Below are positions 18,547 through 28,100 of a DNA stretch of 64,000 nt, one piece after another. The first letter of the stretch is position 1. The number at the start of each line of letters is the position of its first letter. The stretch covers positions 32,213-96,212 of the forward strand of contig CAIXGR010000094.1 in assembly GCA_903919075.1 (NCBI GenBank), given 5' to 3'. The notes under the pieces are model-generated. The model saw only the letters and a program-made list of their open reading frames with translations, was not told the DNA's origin and searched no databases. Position numbers and translations under genes: made by a program. Source of the DNA: an uncultured Bacteroidota bacterium (GTDB taxonomy: Bacteria > Bacteroidota > Bacteroidia > Chitinophagales > LD1).

Positions 18547-19875
18547 GTGGCAATTATCCTAAAAATATTCTGGCAAAGCCTCATCCTTTCTTTCGAAGAA
18601 ATAAGGGCTGCAAAGCTGCGCTCGGCCCTTTCGTTAACAGGTATAGCGATCGGTATTTTATGCATCATATCGGTAAGAACTGCAGTTAACTCGCTTGAAA
18701 TAAATATTCAGAATAGCCTTGCTTCTTTTGGCAGCGATATTCTATACATTCAAAAATGGCCTTGGATATGGGCGAATGGCAATGATTATCCTTGGTGGAA
18801 ATACCTAGACCGCCCTAATGCCAATCGCCGTGAATTGGAAGAATTACAACAAAAAGTTAAAAGTGCTGAAGCAATTTGCATCATGTATTTTGCAGGTAAT
18901 ATCAATGTAATTTCGGGCAACCAGGTAGCGCAGGGTGTGCAGGTGCTTGGCTCTTCGTACGATTACAATAAAATAAAAGAACTGGATTTTAAGCAGGGCC
19001 GGTATTTTACACCTGCGGAATCGAATAACGCACAAGCGGATGCTTTAATTGGCGCCACGGTTGCCGAAACACTTTTTCCCGGTATAAGCCAAATTGAAGG
19101 GAGAGAAATTAAAATAAACGGGGTAAAACTTACTGTAATAGGCGTGCTGAAAAAAGAGGGCAGCGATATTTTCGGGTTTACACTTGATAACAATATGATA
19201 GTGCCTTTTAGCTTCATGAACATGTTTGTGAATACAAACAGCCAGGGCAACGACCCCCTTATTGCTGTTACCCCTAAAAAAGATGTGCCGATTGAAAAAT
19301 TAAAATATGAATTAGACGGAGCCATGCGCTCGGTAAGAAAACTATCGCCTTACCAGGACGATAACTTTGCTATTAATCAGGTAAGTGTATTTACTGAAGG
19401 CATTGCCTCCATTTTTTCGATTGTAAATTTTGCGGGTTTATTTATTGGTGGCTTTTCCATTCTTGTAGGCACCTTTGGCATTGCAAATATCATGTTCGTA
19501 TCGGTGCAAGAAAGAGTTTACCAGATAGGCATTAAAAAGGCATTGGGTGCCAGAAAAATTTATATCCTCTTTGAATTTCTTTTAGAGTCTATTATACTTT
19601 GCGTTATTGGCGGCATAATAGGACTTGTAGCTGTAATTATACTTTTCAAACTTTTAGGATGGGCAATAGCACACTCCGGTTCCGATTTTAAATTCTACAT
19701 CACTTTTAGCAATGTATTTATGGGCATATCTATTTCGGTGATAACAGGGGTTGTTGCCGGTTTTATTCCCGCATGGAGTGCAGCCAATATGCGACCGGTA
19801 GATGCTATTCGTGGTGATGTATCGGATTTACTAAAAGGTATCTTCAGATTCTATGGAAGAAAACATGTGCATTAA
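18547..19875 (+). CDS. ABC transporter permease (MacB/FtsX-like)
   Basis: N-terminal TM helix, large periplasmic domain, then a C-terminal FtsX-type module (ERVYQIGIKKALGARK...). GTG start. Confidence 0.8.
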   Translation: MAIILKIFWQSLILSFEEIRAAKLRSALSLTGIAIGILCIISVRTAVNSLEINIQNSLASFGSDILYIQKWPWIWANGNDYPWWKYLDRPNANRRELEELQQKVKSAEAICIMYFAGNINVISGNQVAQGVQVLGSSYDYNKIKELDFKQGRYFTPAESNNAQADALIGATVAETLFPGISQIEGREIKINGVKLTVIGVLKKEGSDIFGFTLDNNMIVPFSFMNMFVNTNSQGNDPLIAVTPKKDVPIEKLKYELDGAMRSVRKLSPYQDDNFAINQVSVFTEGIASIFSIVNFAGLFIGGFSILVGTFGIANIMFVSVQERVYQIGIKKALGARKIYILFEFLLESIILCVIGGIIGLVAVIILFKLLGWAIAHSGSDFKFYITFSNVFMGISISVITGVVAGFIPAWSAANMRPVDAIRGDVSDLLKGIFRFYGRKHVH

Positions 19876-19894
19876 TAAAACCCGGGAGAAGATA

Positions 19895-20851
19895 TTATTT
19901 CAATTCTTTCAAAGTAATAGGCGTTACACCCACCTTTTTACAAACTGCAGCAGCACCTTTATTGGCCAGTTGTGCGATTTCGCGCATTGAGAATTTTCTA
20001 ACAAATGCTAACGACGCAATACTTATTACCGTATCGCCAGCACCGGAGACATCCGCTGCTTTTATAGATTTAGCAGGAACGATAAACGAATTTCCATCGC
20101 GGGTAAAACAGAAAATACCATTGCTACCTAAGGTTATCATCAAATTTTTGAACCGGTTCTTTCTTCTCAACTCCTCCGCTCCGCTTCTTAAACTTTCGTA
20201 GCTTTTAGGATTAATCCGGTAGCCAATAGCTTCGGAAAATTCGCGCAAATTAGGTTTAAATAAATCTACATTCTGATACTCGAAAAAGTTTCTGTCCTTC
20301 GGGTCTACCGAAACCGGTATACCATTCTTAGTGGCAAGAAGCAATATTTGCTTTATAAAATGCTTGGTTAGTACACCTTTATTATAATCCTGTATAATAA
20401 TTATATCCACCTTTTCGTTAGCAAGAATTTTCCTGAATTCCTTGATTATGTTTTGCTCTAATCTTACATCAAGGTCTTCAATATCCTCTTCATCAAAACG
20501 TACTACCTGCTTATCTTCATCAAATACTCTTGTTTTTAAGGTTGTTACCCGTCCCTTGTGCTGCAACACATGCTTGGTGCGCACACCAGCATCTTTTAAA
20601 AGCTTTAAAAGAAGATTACCGGTAATATCGCGACCAACTACCGAAAGCAGAATAGGCGTGGCGCCCAGTTCTAAAATATTTAAGGCAACATTTGCTGCTC
20701 CACCGGGGCGTGATTCTCTGCCGCTAATCTCTACCACCGGCACCGGAGCCTCGGGTGAAATACGGTTTACTTCACCAAACAAATAAAAGTCGACCATTAC
20801 ATCGCCAATGATGAGAACATTAAGGTCGGAAAAAGTGGGTTTAACGGGCAT
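19895..20851 (-). CDS. PfkB-family sugar kinase, RfaE domain I-like (D-glycero-beta-D-manno-heptose-7-phosphate kinase)
   Basis: VLIIGDVMVDFYLFGEVNRISPEAPVPVV and DVSGAGDT motifs. Confidence 0.75.
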   Translation of the reverse strand: MPVKPTFSDLNVLIIGDVMVDFYLFGEVNRISPEAPVPVVEISGRESRPGGAANVALNILELGATPILLSVVGRDITGNLLLKLLKDAGVRTKHVLQHKGRVTTLKTRVFDEDKQVVRFDEEDIEDLDVRLEQNIIKEFRKILANEKVDIIIIQDYNKGVLTKHFIKQILLLATKNGIPVSVDPKDRNFFEYQNVDLFKPNLREFSEAIGYRINPKSYESLRSGAEELRRKNRFKNLMITLGSNGIFCFTRDGNSFIVPAKSIKAADVSGAGDTVISIASLAFVRKFSMREIAQLANKGAAAVCKKVGVTPITLKELK

Positions 20852-20887
20852 TTTAATGTAATATATTAATGTAATAAATAAATATTT

Positions 20888-22105
20888 TTATTTCAATTTT
20901 GCAAAACCCTCCTTCAGTCTTTTTCCTGCTTCTATCAATTTCTCCTCGGAAGTTGCATATGATAAACGGATACAATTTTTATCACCAAACGACTCACCAC
21001 CCACTGTAGCCACTTTTGCTTCTGAAAGCAGAAGCAAACAAAGCTCTTCTGGAGTGTTTATCACATTGCCATTAAAGCTTTTGCCTAAATAGGCACTTAC
21101 ATCGGGGAAAAAGTAAAATGCACCATCGGGTAAATTCACTTTCAATCCTGGAATATCTTTCAAAAATGCATATACAATATCTCTTCTCTTTTTAAACGCC
21201 TCTACCATTTTATGAGTAGGCGCAAGATCAGCCAGCAAGGCAGCTTCGCCAGCTTTTTGAGATATTGAACATGTGCCGGAAGTAATTTGCCCTTGCATTT
21301 TCTCGCATGCTTTCGAAATTAATAGCGGGGCACCGATATAGCCAAGCCGCCAACCAGTCATGGCAAAACCTTTGCTAAAGCCATTTACAGTAATGACCTG
21401 GTCTTTAATATCGGTAAATTCAGCAAGGCTATAATGACGTTCGCCGGTAAAATTTATGTATTCGTAAATCTCGTCACACATCACAAAAACATTCGGATGC
21501 TTTTTTATCACTTTAGCCATAGCCGCCAACTCAGCATAATTATATACCGAACCGGTAGGGTTACACGGGCTTGAAAAAATGATGAGCTTTGTTTTTGGTG
21601 TAATGTTTTGTTCTAGTTGTGCTGCAGTAATCTTAAAATTTGTTTCAATACCGGCTGGTACTTCAATGCATTTACCTTCAGCAAGGTCAGTAACTGCAGA
21701 GTAACTTACCCAATAAGGAACAGGCAATAACACTTCATCGCCGGGGTTAATTAAACTAAGTATAACGTTGGCAATTGATTGCTTAGCGCCAGTTGAAACC
21801 ACAATGTGATCGGGTGAATATTCAAGGTTGTTATCGCGCTTAAATTTGGCCGATATTGCTTTGCGCAATTCAGGAGTGCCGGCAACTGGTGTGTATTTGG
21901 TAAAGCCTTTATCAATGGCAACTTTTGCAGCATCTTTAATATGCTGTGGGGTATCAAAATCGGGTTCGCCAAGGCTTAAATCTACAATATCAATTCCCTG
22001 CGCTTTTAGGGCACGACTGGCCTTCGACATTTTAATAGTTGCCGATTCGTACATTTTATTCACTCTGTCTGAAAGCTGATTCATAGTAGCTGTTACTGTT
22101 GTCAT
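20888..22105 (-). CDS. class I pyridoxal-phosphate-dependent (aspartate) aminotransferase
   Basis: LSLGEPDFDTP, SNPCNPTG-like SSPCNPTGSVY, NGFSKGFAMTGWRLGY (PLP lysine). Alternative start at 22084. Confidence 0.85.
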   Translation of the reverse strand: MTTVTATMNQLSDRVNKMYESATIKMSKASRALKAQGIDIVDLSLGEPDFDTPQHIKDAAKVAIDKGFTKYTPVAGTPELRKAISAKFKRDNNLEYSPDHIVVSTGAKQSIANVILSLINPGDEVLLPVPYWVSYSAVTDLAEGKCIEVPAGIETNFKITAAQLEQNITPKTKLIIFSSPCNPTGSVYNYAELAAMAKVIKKHPNVFVMCDEIYEYINFTGERHYSLAEFTDIKDQVITVNGFSKGFAMTGWRLGYIGAPLLISKACEKMQGQITSGTCSISQKAGEAALLADLAPTHKMVEAFKKRRDIVYAFLKDIPGLKVNLPDGAFYFFPDVSAYLGKSFNGNVINTPEELCLLLLSEAKVATVGGESFGDKNCIRLSYATSEEKLIEAGKRLKEGFAKLK

Positions 22106-22186
22106 TTTTTAAAAACTGTGGTGCGAAAATAAGTTAGTATTGCTATTTGTGGCAAAAATTTTATTCGGCAGTTTATAGCCCCTTAT

Positions 22187-22831
22187 TTACGCCAGTTTTT
22201 TCAAATTTCCGTTCTCAAACAAATGCGGGTAATGAACTTTCAATTCTTGGGCAAAAAGTTCGTAAGGTAAGTCGTCAAACTGGCCGTATTCATGCAGGTA
22301 TTCCATGTATTGTTGCCCGTGCTCATGTTCCTGGAAAACTGAATCATGCTCGCCGTCAAACTCTAAAGGTGCTACATTAAATTTCTCGCAAAGCGATTTA
22401 TTAAATGCTGGCGTGCATTTAACCCATTTCCCTTCTATCCAAAATTCGTTATACCCATGAAACACAAATTTATCTGAATGCAACATTTCAATAAATTTAG
22501 GAGTAGCCAGATGGTTTTTTACAATTGAAAAGCCTAATCTTGAGGGAATATTATGAACTCTACCTACTGCGACAAGTAATAACGATTTTTCAATACAGTA
22601 ACCTCTACCTCTTTCAAGGGTAAGGCTTGCAGATATAAGTTTGGGATTGAGTATTAAATGATGTGGGTCGTAAAGAATATCATCTCTTACGGCATAGTAC
22701 AGGTCAACCGCCTTTTGTTTATCGCTTTTTCCTTCGGTAGTTTTGGCTTTGGCATATTCAATTACATCGGTCTTATCACAGTCTATAAACTGAGTCGGGC
22801 GTAAGTATATTTCAAAATCTTTTATTGTCAC
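22187..22831 (-). CDS. transglutaminase-like domain protein
   Basis: GRGYCIEKSLLLVAVGRVHNIPSR (Cys), FHGYNEFW (His): a transglutaminase-core-like arrangement. Confidence 0.65.
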   Translation of the reverse strand: MTIKDFEIYLRPTQFIDCDKTDVIEYAKAKTTEGKSDKQKAVDLYYAVRDDILYDPHHLILNPKLISASLTLERGRGYCIEKSLLLVAVGRVHNIPSRLGFSIVKNHLATPKFIEMLHSDKFVFHGYNEFWIEGKWVKCTPAFNKSLCEKFNVAPLEFDGEHDSVFQEHEHGQQYMEYLHEYGQFDDLPYELFAQELKVHYPHLFENGNLKKLA

Positions 22832-22835
22832 TTTA

Positions 22836-23333
22836 TTACATTTTCTTCTTGCAACACTCCTTTACATTGCCTTCGTGTTCATCTGCACCACAACATGAGC
22901 TTTTGCCATTGCACATTTTAGTGCATTCATCTTTGCTCATAATGCATTTACCCCGCTCATGGCACATTTTATCGCAAGCCTCTTTTCCCATCATTTTTTC
23001 GCACGTTCCTCTATCCATCATAACACTGTCACCTTGCATTTTGCAGCAGCTCATCCCCTCAGCATTATCCATTTCACAATGCCCTGTGCCCATTTCTTTA
23101 ATAACTATATGCTCCTCACGGCTACATCTTCCATCCATTTGTTCCATATGGTGGCGCATGTGCCTTAAATGCCAAACCCCGCGCCCTACAACAAATGCTA
23201 TTGATAGCAAGGAAATTACAATAATTAACCAAGCAAGAAACTTGAAAAGGTTACTGAGATATTCTCTTGTTACTTTTATAAGCAGATAGGTGCCTGCAGA
23301 CAGGGCCAATAACAATAATGATAGAGCTACCAT
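22836..23333 (-). CDS. membrane-anchored Cys/Met/His-rich protein (putative metal binding)
   Basis: Two N-terminal hydrophobic helices, then a ~115-aa tail with 14 Cys, about 15 Met and about 8 His by my count. Recurring C.KM motif (CCKM, CEKM, CDKM, CTKM). Only 4 nt upstream of the transglutaminase-like gene. Confidence 0.5.
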   Translation of the reverse strand: MVALSLLLLALSAGTYLLIKVTREYLSNLFKFLAWLIIVISLLSIAFVVGRGVWHLRHMRHHMEQMDGRCSREEHIVIKEMGTGHCEMDNAEGMSCCKMQGDSVMMDRGTCEKMMGKEACDKMCHERGKCIMSKDECTKMCNGKSSCCGADEHEGNVKECCKKKM

Positions 23334-23463
23334 ATGAATTGATTTTGAGGTAAAGATACAAAGCCTTTGCCAAATTAATTTTCCGATTATTTTCGCACCG
23401 CTATTAGGGCTATAAGCAGTTGGGCGGCTAATGCAACAATTCGATTAAAACGAAGTTATATAC

Positions 23464-23901
23464 ATGAACGTGGAAGAAGAAAAAGCTAAGTTCCATTTTA
23501 AAATGAAACTGGATATACGCTGGAGCGATATGGACGAAATGCGCCATGTAAATAACGCGGTATATCTTACCTACTTCGAGCAGGCCAGGGTTTATTATTT
23601 TCATGAAAGTTGCCGGTGGGATTGGAACGAAATAGGCGCGATATTGGCTAACGCGCATGTAGATTATATAAAGCCGGTTGTTTTTCCGAACCCTACTTAT
23701 GTATATGTGCGCACCAGTAAATTAGGGAATAAAAGCTTCGAAGTTCAATACATGATTACAAGCGAGGTTGAGGGAAACGAAGAGTTAACCACCACCGGTT
23801 ATACCGTTATGGTAATGTTCGATTACAAATTAAACGCATCGGTACCAATGCCCGATTATTTGAAAGAACGAATTAGAAATTACGAAATAATAAAACCTTA
23901 A
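23464..23901 (+). CDS. acyl-CoA thioesterase, 4HBT/YbgC-like hotdog fold
   Basis: IRWSDMDEMRHVNNAVYLTYFEQAR pattern typical of the 4HBT family. Confidence 0.75.
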   Translation: MNVEEEKAKFHFKMKLDIRWSDMDEMRHVNNAVYLTYFEQARVYYFHESCRWDWNEIGAILANAHVDYIKPVVFPNPTYVYVRTSKLGNKSFEVQYMITSEVEGNEELTTTGYTVMVMFDYKLNASVPMPDYLKERIRNYEIIKP

Positions 23902-23904
23902 CCT

Positions 23905-24519
23905 GTGCTGCTTAGAATTAATCCTGATAATATTGATGACCGCTTAATTTGGCAAGTTGTAAATTGTTTGAAACGTGGAGGGGTTATCATTTACCCCACC
24001 GACACAGTTTATACCCTGGGCTGCGACCTTACACACCATGCGGCCTACGAAAAAGTTTGCAAGTTGAAAGATATTAAACCCAACAAAGCAAATTTTTCAA
24101 TTGTTTGTTACGACCTGAAACATATTTCAGACTTTACTACTACCCTACCTACACCGGTTTATAAAATGATGCGAAAGGCCTTGCCGGGACCTTATACTTT
24201 TATACTCAATGGCAATAACCATCTTTCCAAAATTTTCGGATACAATAAAAAAACAATAGGTATACGAGTGCCCAACAATCCTATTGCACGCGCTATTGTT
24301 GATGGCATAGGAGCACCAATTCTTTCTGCCTCTATAAAAAATGAAGATACCGTTCTAGAATACATTACCGACCCCAATGAACTTTACGAGGTTTACGAAA
24401 ACCTTGTGGACATAGTAATTGATGGTGGCCCTGGTGGCAATGTAGCATCAACTGTTATTGACTATACAGAAAGTCAGCCATTATTAGTACGCGAAGGCGC
24501 AGGTAAAGAGTTATTTTAA
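23905..24519 (+). CDS. tsaC: L-threonylcarbamoyladenylate synthase (TsaC/YrdC/Sua5 family)
   Basis: GGVIIYPTDTVYTLGCD, GPYTFIL, IGIRVP and SASIK motifs of the YrdC domain. Confidence 0.85.
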   Translation: MLLRINPDNIDDRLIWQVVNCLKRGGVIIYPTDTVYTLGCDLTHHAAYEKVCKLKDIKPNKANFSIVCYDLKHISDFTTTLPTPVYKMMRKALPGPYTFILNGNNHLSKIFGYNKKTIGIRVPNNPIARAIVDGIGAPILSASIKNEDTVLEYITDPNELYEVYENLVDIVIDGGPGGNVASTVIDYTESQPLLVREGAGKELF

Positions 24520-24564
24520 CTACGAGTTTTCACACCAAATATTTTTTCTTCCAAACAACATTCC

Positions 24565-24572
24565 TACTTTTG
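24565..24572 (+). promoter_or_regulatory. candidate -7 promoter box for the mgtA leader
   Basis: TACTTTTG fits TAnnTTTG. It would give a leader of about 240 nt before the mgtA ATG at 24817. Confidence 0.35.
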
Positions 24573-24594
24573 CACCGCAAAAAAAATCGCATCA

Positions 24595-24738
24595 ATGGAC
24601 CCTGGTCCGAGTTATAGTAATTATTTAAACAGTTGGCATTATGTTGCTCTGCCTGCCTATACTTTATTTGGCAAGGGTCAGCCTGGTTTTGTTCGCATAC
24701 AAAATACCGGCCCTGTGTTGGCCTTTGCCGGTATTTAA
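24595..24738 (+). promoter_or_regulatory. candidate 47-codon upstream ORF in the mgtA leader
   Basis: My translation: MDPGPSYSNYLNSWHYVALPAYTLFGKGQPGFVRIQNTGPVLAFAGI*. Below the 60-aa cut-off of the ORF track. Its 3' end overlaps the alternative hairpin arms at 24703-24746. Confidence 0.3.
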
Positions 24739-24816
24739 TACCCGGTTAGTTAATCTATTTTTTTCTTTTCTATACTTACCGCTTTCGTTTAAAAACATTA
24801 AAGGAGGGCCCGTATT

Positions 24817-27531
24817 ATGACTACCCTTATTAAAGAAAAAATAATCAATAAGCTTCCGTCGGCTAATAACGGAAACGGGAATGCAACACAGGAATCTGCA
24901 TCTTCTACACTACTTAAAAAAATAGCGGCTAAAGAAAAACCGGAAATATTGATGCTTTTAGAAAGCCGCGATTCTGGTTTAAATGAGCTCGAAGTTGAAG
25001 CTAAGTTTGATACCGAGGGCCAAAATGAAGTAGTGCATGAAAAAGCACCACCATGGTATATGCAATTGCTTGGGGCTTTTGCCAATCCGTTTATTATTGT
25101 GTTGCTGGTGCTGGCGTTCATATCCCTTATTATGGATGTAATGCGGCAGGAACCTGAAAACCGCGATTACAAAACTGTAATTGTTATTTCGGTAATGGTG
25201 TTTCTAAGCACTTTCATTCGCTTTTTACAAGAGTACCGAAGCAATGTAGCAGCCGAAAAGCTGAAGTCGATGGTTACAACTACCGCTACAGTATTGCGTG
25301 AGGAAACCGGCAGAACAGAAATTGATATTAAGCAACTGGTGCCGGGCGATATCATTTTCCTTTCAGCCGGTGACATGATGCCTGCAGATATCCGCATCCT
25401 TCAATCAAAGGATCTTTTCGTAAGTCAGGCCATGCTTACCGGTGAAGCCTTACCGGTAGAAAAGAAAGAACATGCTATTCCCGATATTCAAAACAAATCG
25501 GTTCTTGATTTAGAGAATATTTGCTTTATGGGCACTAATGTAGTTAGTGGTACAGCAATAGCCATAGTGGTTAATACAGGCAATAAAACCTACTTCGGCT
25601 CTATGGCTAAATCGTTAGTAGGCAAACGGGCTGAAACAAGTTTTGATAGGGGTGTAAACAGTGTAAGCTGGCTGCTTATCCGGTTTATGCTGGTAATGGT
25701 ACCTCTTGTATTTTTGGTTAATGGCTTAACCAAACACGATTGGGTACAAGCTTTTATGTTCGGGCTATCTATAGCCGTTGGACTTACCCCCGAAATGTTA
25801 CCCATGATAGTTACCGCCAACCTTGCTAAAGGTGCTGTAAACATGAGCAAGCGTAAAGTGGTAGTAAAGCGCTTAAACGCAATTCAGAACATAGGGGCCA
25901 TGGATATTTTATGCACCGATAAAACCGGTACACTTACTCTTGATAAAATTGTTTTGGAACGCTATCTGAATGTATATGGCAACGACGACGATGAGGTTTT
26001 AAAATGGGCCTACCTAAACAGCTATCATCAAACCGGTTTAAAAAGTTTGCTTGATGTAGCCATATTGGAACACCTTGAATTGAGAAAAGAATTAAAGGTG
26101 GATGAAGATTATGTAAAGGTGGATGAAATTCCTTTCGATTTTCAACGCAGAAGAATGTCTGTAATTCTTGACCAAAAAAACGATAAACACCTACTTATAT
26201 GCAAGGGCGCTGTTGAAGAGATGCTTTCAATATGTTCTCATGCCATAGACCCCGGCGAGAATAATCAGATACAATTTGATACAGATGATATTATTCCATT
26301 AAATGATACTGTAAAAAATAAAATTACTGAAATAACTCGTAAGCTGAATGAAGACGGATTACGAGTATTACTGGTAGCAATAAAGGAATATGACGAACGA
26401 CCACTTACGTACACCGTTGCAGATGAAGGCAACATGATACTGACCGGTTTCGTTGGCTTTCTTGATCCCCCGAAACCTTCAGCTGCTACATCTATCATTG
26501 CATTGCAAAAACTCGGCGTATCTGTTAAAGTATTGACCGGCGACAATGAAATTGTAACTAAAAAAATATGTAAGCAGATTGGGATTCCTATAACTAATAT
26601 ATTATTAGGTAGCGACCTCGAAAATTTAAGTGACAAAGAACTGGAGGATAGAATTGAGGATGTTTCCATTTTGGCCAAGCTAAGCCCGGTGCAAAAATCG
26701 CGAGTGGTAAAAGTGTTGCAAGGTAAGGGCCATACAGTAGGATTTCTTGGAGATGGCATTAACGACGCTGCTGCTCTTCGTGATGCGGATGTAGGTATTT
26801 CAGTAAATACGGCTGTGGATATAGCCAAAGAAAGCGCTGATATAATTTTGCTTGAAAATGATTTAATGGTATTACGTAAAGGCGTAATATATGGTCGCCG
26901 AACTTTTGGCAATATTATCAAATACATAAAGATGACTGCCAGTAGCAACTTTGGCAACGTGTTCAGCGTTTTGGGGGCAAGTGCATTTCTTCCGTTTTTG
27001 CCTATGTTGCCAGTGCACATACTTGTACAAAACCTGCTTTATGATATTTCGCAAATATCCATTCCATGGGATAGTATGGATGCAGAGTATATTCAAACCC
27101 CGCGCAAATGGGATGCCGGTGGCATAGGGAAGTTTATGCTTTTTATTGGCCCCATCAGTTCCATTTTCGATTATGCTACGTTCCTTATCATGTATTTTAT
27201 TTTCGCAGCAAATACACCGGGAAAACAAACCCTCTTTCAATCGGGTTGGTTTATTGAGGGGCTACTTTCGCAAACGCTTATAGTGCATATGATACGGACC
27301 AAAAAAATTCCGTTTATACAAAGTTGGGCTACTGCACCGGTTGTAGCATTAACCTCCCTTATTATGCTTATTGGCATCTGGATTCCCTTTTCGCCTTTTG
27401 CGAGCGCTTTAAAACTACAACCACTACCGGCATCATATTTTTTATGGTTGGTGGGTATTTTGTTTGCCTACTGTGCCTTAACACAACTCATAAAAAATTG
27501 GTTTATTCGCAAGTATAACCAATGGTTATAA
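24817..27531 (+). CDS. mgtA: magnesium-translocating P-type ATPase
   Basis: DKTGTLT phosphorylation site, TGDN, GDGINDAAALRDADVGISV, ten-TM layout, about 900 aa as for MgtA/MgtB. An AGGAGG sits 9 nt upstream of the ATG. Confidence 0.92.
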   Translation: MTTLIKEKIINKLPSANNGNGNATQESASSTLLKKIAAKEKPEILMLLESRDSGLNELEVEAKFDTEGQNEVVHEKAPPWYMQLLGAFANPFIIVLLVLAFISLIMDVMRQEPENRDYKTVIVISVMVFLSTFIRFLQEYRSNVAAEKLKSMVTTTATVLREETGRTEIDIKQLVPGDIIFLSAGDMMPADIRILQSKDLFVSQAMLTGEALPVEKKEHAIPDIQNKSVLDLENICFMGTNVVSGTAIAIVVNTGNKTYFGSMAKSLVGKRAETSFDRGVNSVSWLLIRFMLVMVPLVFLVNGLTKHDWVQAFMFGLSIAVGLTPEMLPMIVTANLAKGAVNMSKRKVVVKRLNAIQNIGAMDILCTDKTGTLTLDKIVLERYLNVYGNDDDEVLKWAYLNSYHQTGLKSLLDVAILEHLELRKELKVDEDYVKVDEIPFDFQRRRMSVILDQKNDKHLLICKGAVEEMLSICSHAIDPGENNQIQFDTDDIIPLNDTVKNKITEITRKLNEDGLRVLLVAIKEYDERPLTYTVADEGNMILTGFVGFLDPPKPSAATSIIALQKLGVSVKVLTGDNEIVTKKICKQIGIPITNILLGSDLENLSDKELEDRIEDVSILAKLSPVQKSRVVKVLQGKGHTVGFLGDGINDAAALRDADVGISVNTAVDIAKESADIILLENDLMVLRKGVIYGRRTFGNIIKYIKMTASSNFGNVFSVLGASAFLPFLPMLPVHILVQNLLYDISQISIPWDSMDAEYIQTPRKWDAGGIGKFMLFIGPISSIFDYATFLIMYFIFAANTPGKQTLFQSGWFIEGLLSQTLIVHMIRTKKIPFIQSWATAPVVALTSLIMLIGIWIPFSPFASALKLQPLPASYFLWLVGILFAYCALTQLIKNWFIRKYNQWL

Positions 27532-27612
27532 GTCATAAGAGTTGCAAAACCAACCGAAGATATGCCCTGAAAAGTATTAAAATACAGGAAAATATTTCAA
27601 ATTAGCGTACAC

Positions 27613-28095
27613 ATGATTGAGAAAGAAATAAAATTTACGCTGAGGACGTATCAAAGTCCAAGCGAATTATCGAAACAGGATGCTGAGTTATTGAGCGCCG
27701 CTAAAGCTGCCCTTGATAATGCTTATGCCCCTTATTCAGAATTTAATGTGGCTGCTGCCGTATTACTTGAAAATGGAAAAATATTAACAGGCACCAACCA
27801 GGAGAACGCATCGTATCCGGTTACCCTTTGTGCAGAGGGAACGGTGTTAAGTGCAGTATCGGCTATATACCCGGGTGTGGCAGTAAAAAAAATGGCGATT
27901 ACTGTAAAAACCAATAAACGGACACTTACAAAACCTGCAGGCCCTTGTGGTGTTTGCCGTCAACGTATTTCGGAATATGAAAACAGGTTTAATACCAATA
28001 TTGAAATTATAATGATGGCCGAAGAAGGCGAAGTGTATTGGGTAAACAGTGTAAAAGATTTGCTACCGCTCAGCTTTTCGAAATCGGATATGTAG
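27613..28095 (+). CDS. cdd: cytidine deaminase
   Basis: Zinc motifs CAEG and PCGVCRQ, about 160 aa. Confidence 0.85.
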   Translation: MIEKEIKFTLRTYQSPSELSKQDAELLSAAKAALDNAYAPYSEFNVAAAVLLENGKILTGTNQENASYPVTLCAEGTVLSAVSAIYPGVAVKKMAITVKTNKRTLTKPAGPCGVCRQRISEYENRFNTNIEIIMMAEEGEVYWVNSVKDLLPLSFSKSDM

Positions 28096-28100
28096 GGTAT

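Noticed and set aside
22825-23289. 154-aa ORF antisense to the Cys/Met/His-rich gene
   Set aside because: It has no start context or motif. The minus-strand ORF has TM helices and is tightly coupled to the downstream gene. Some residual uncertainty is noted in the finding.
24520-24816. M-box (ykoK) Mg2+ riboswitch upstream of mgtA
   Set aside because: I could not recognise the M-box conserved core by eye. The region is better described as a uORF plus alternative hairpins. A covariance-model scan is needed for a formal answer.
26265-27020. 251-aa ORF antisense to mgtA (also 26872-27240 and 25590-25850)
   Set aside because: These are shadow ORFs within a highly conserved P-type ATPase gene, with no recognisable domains.
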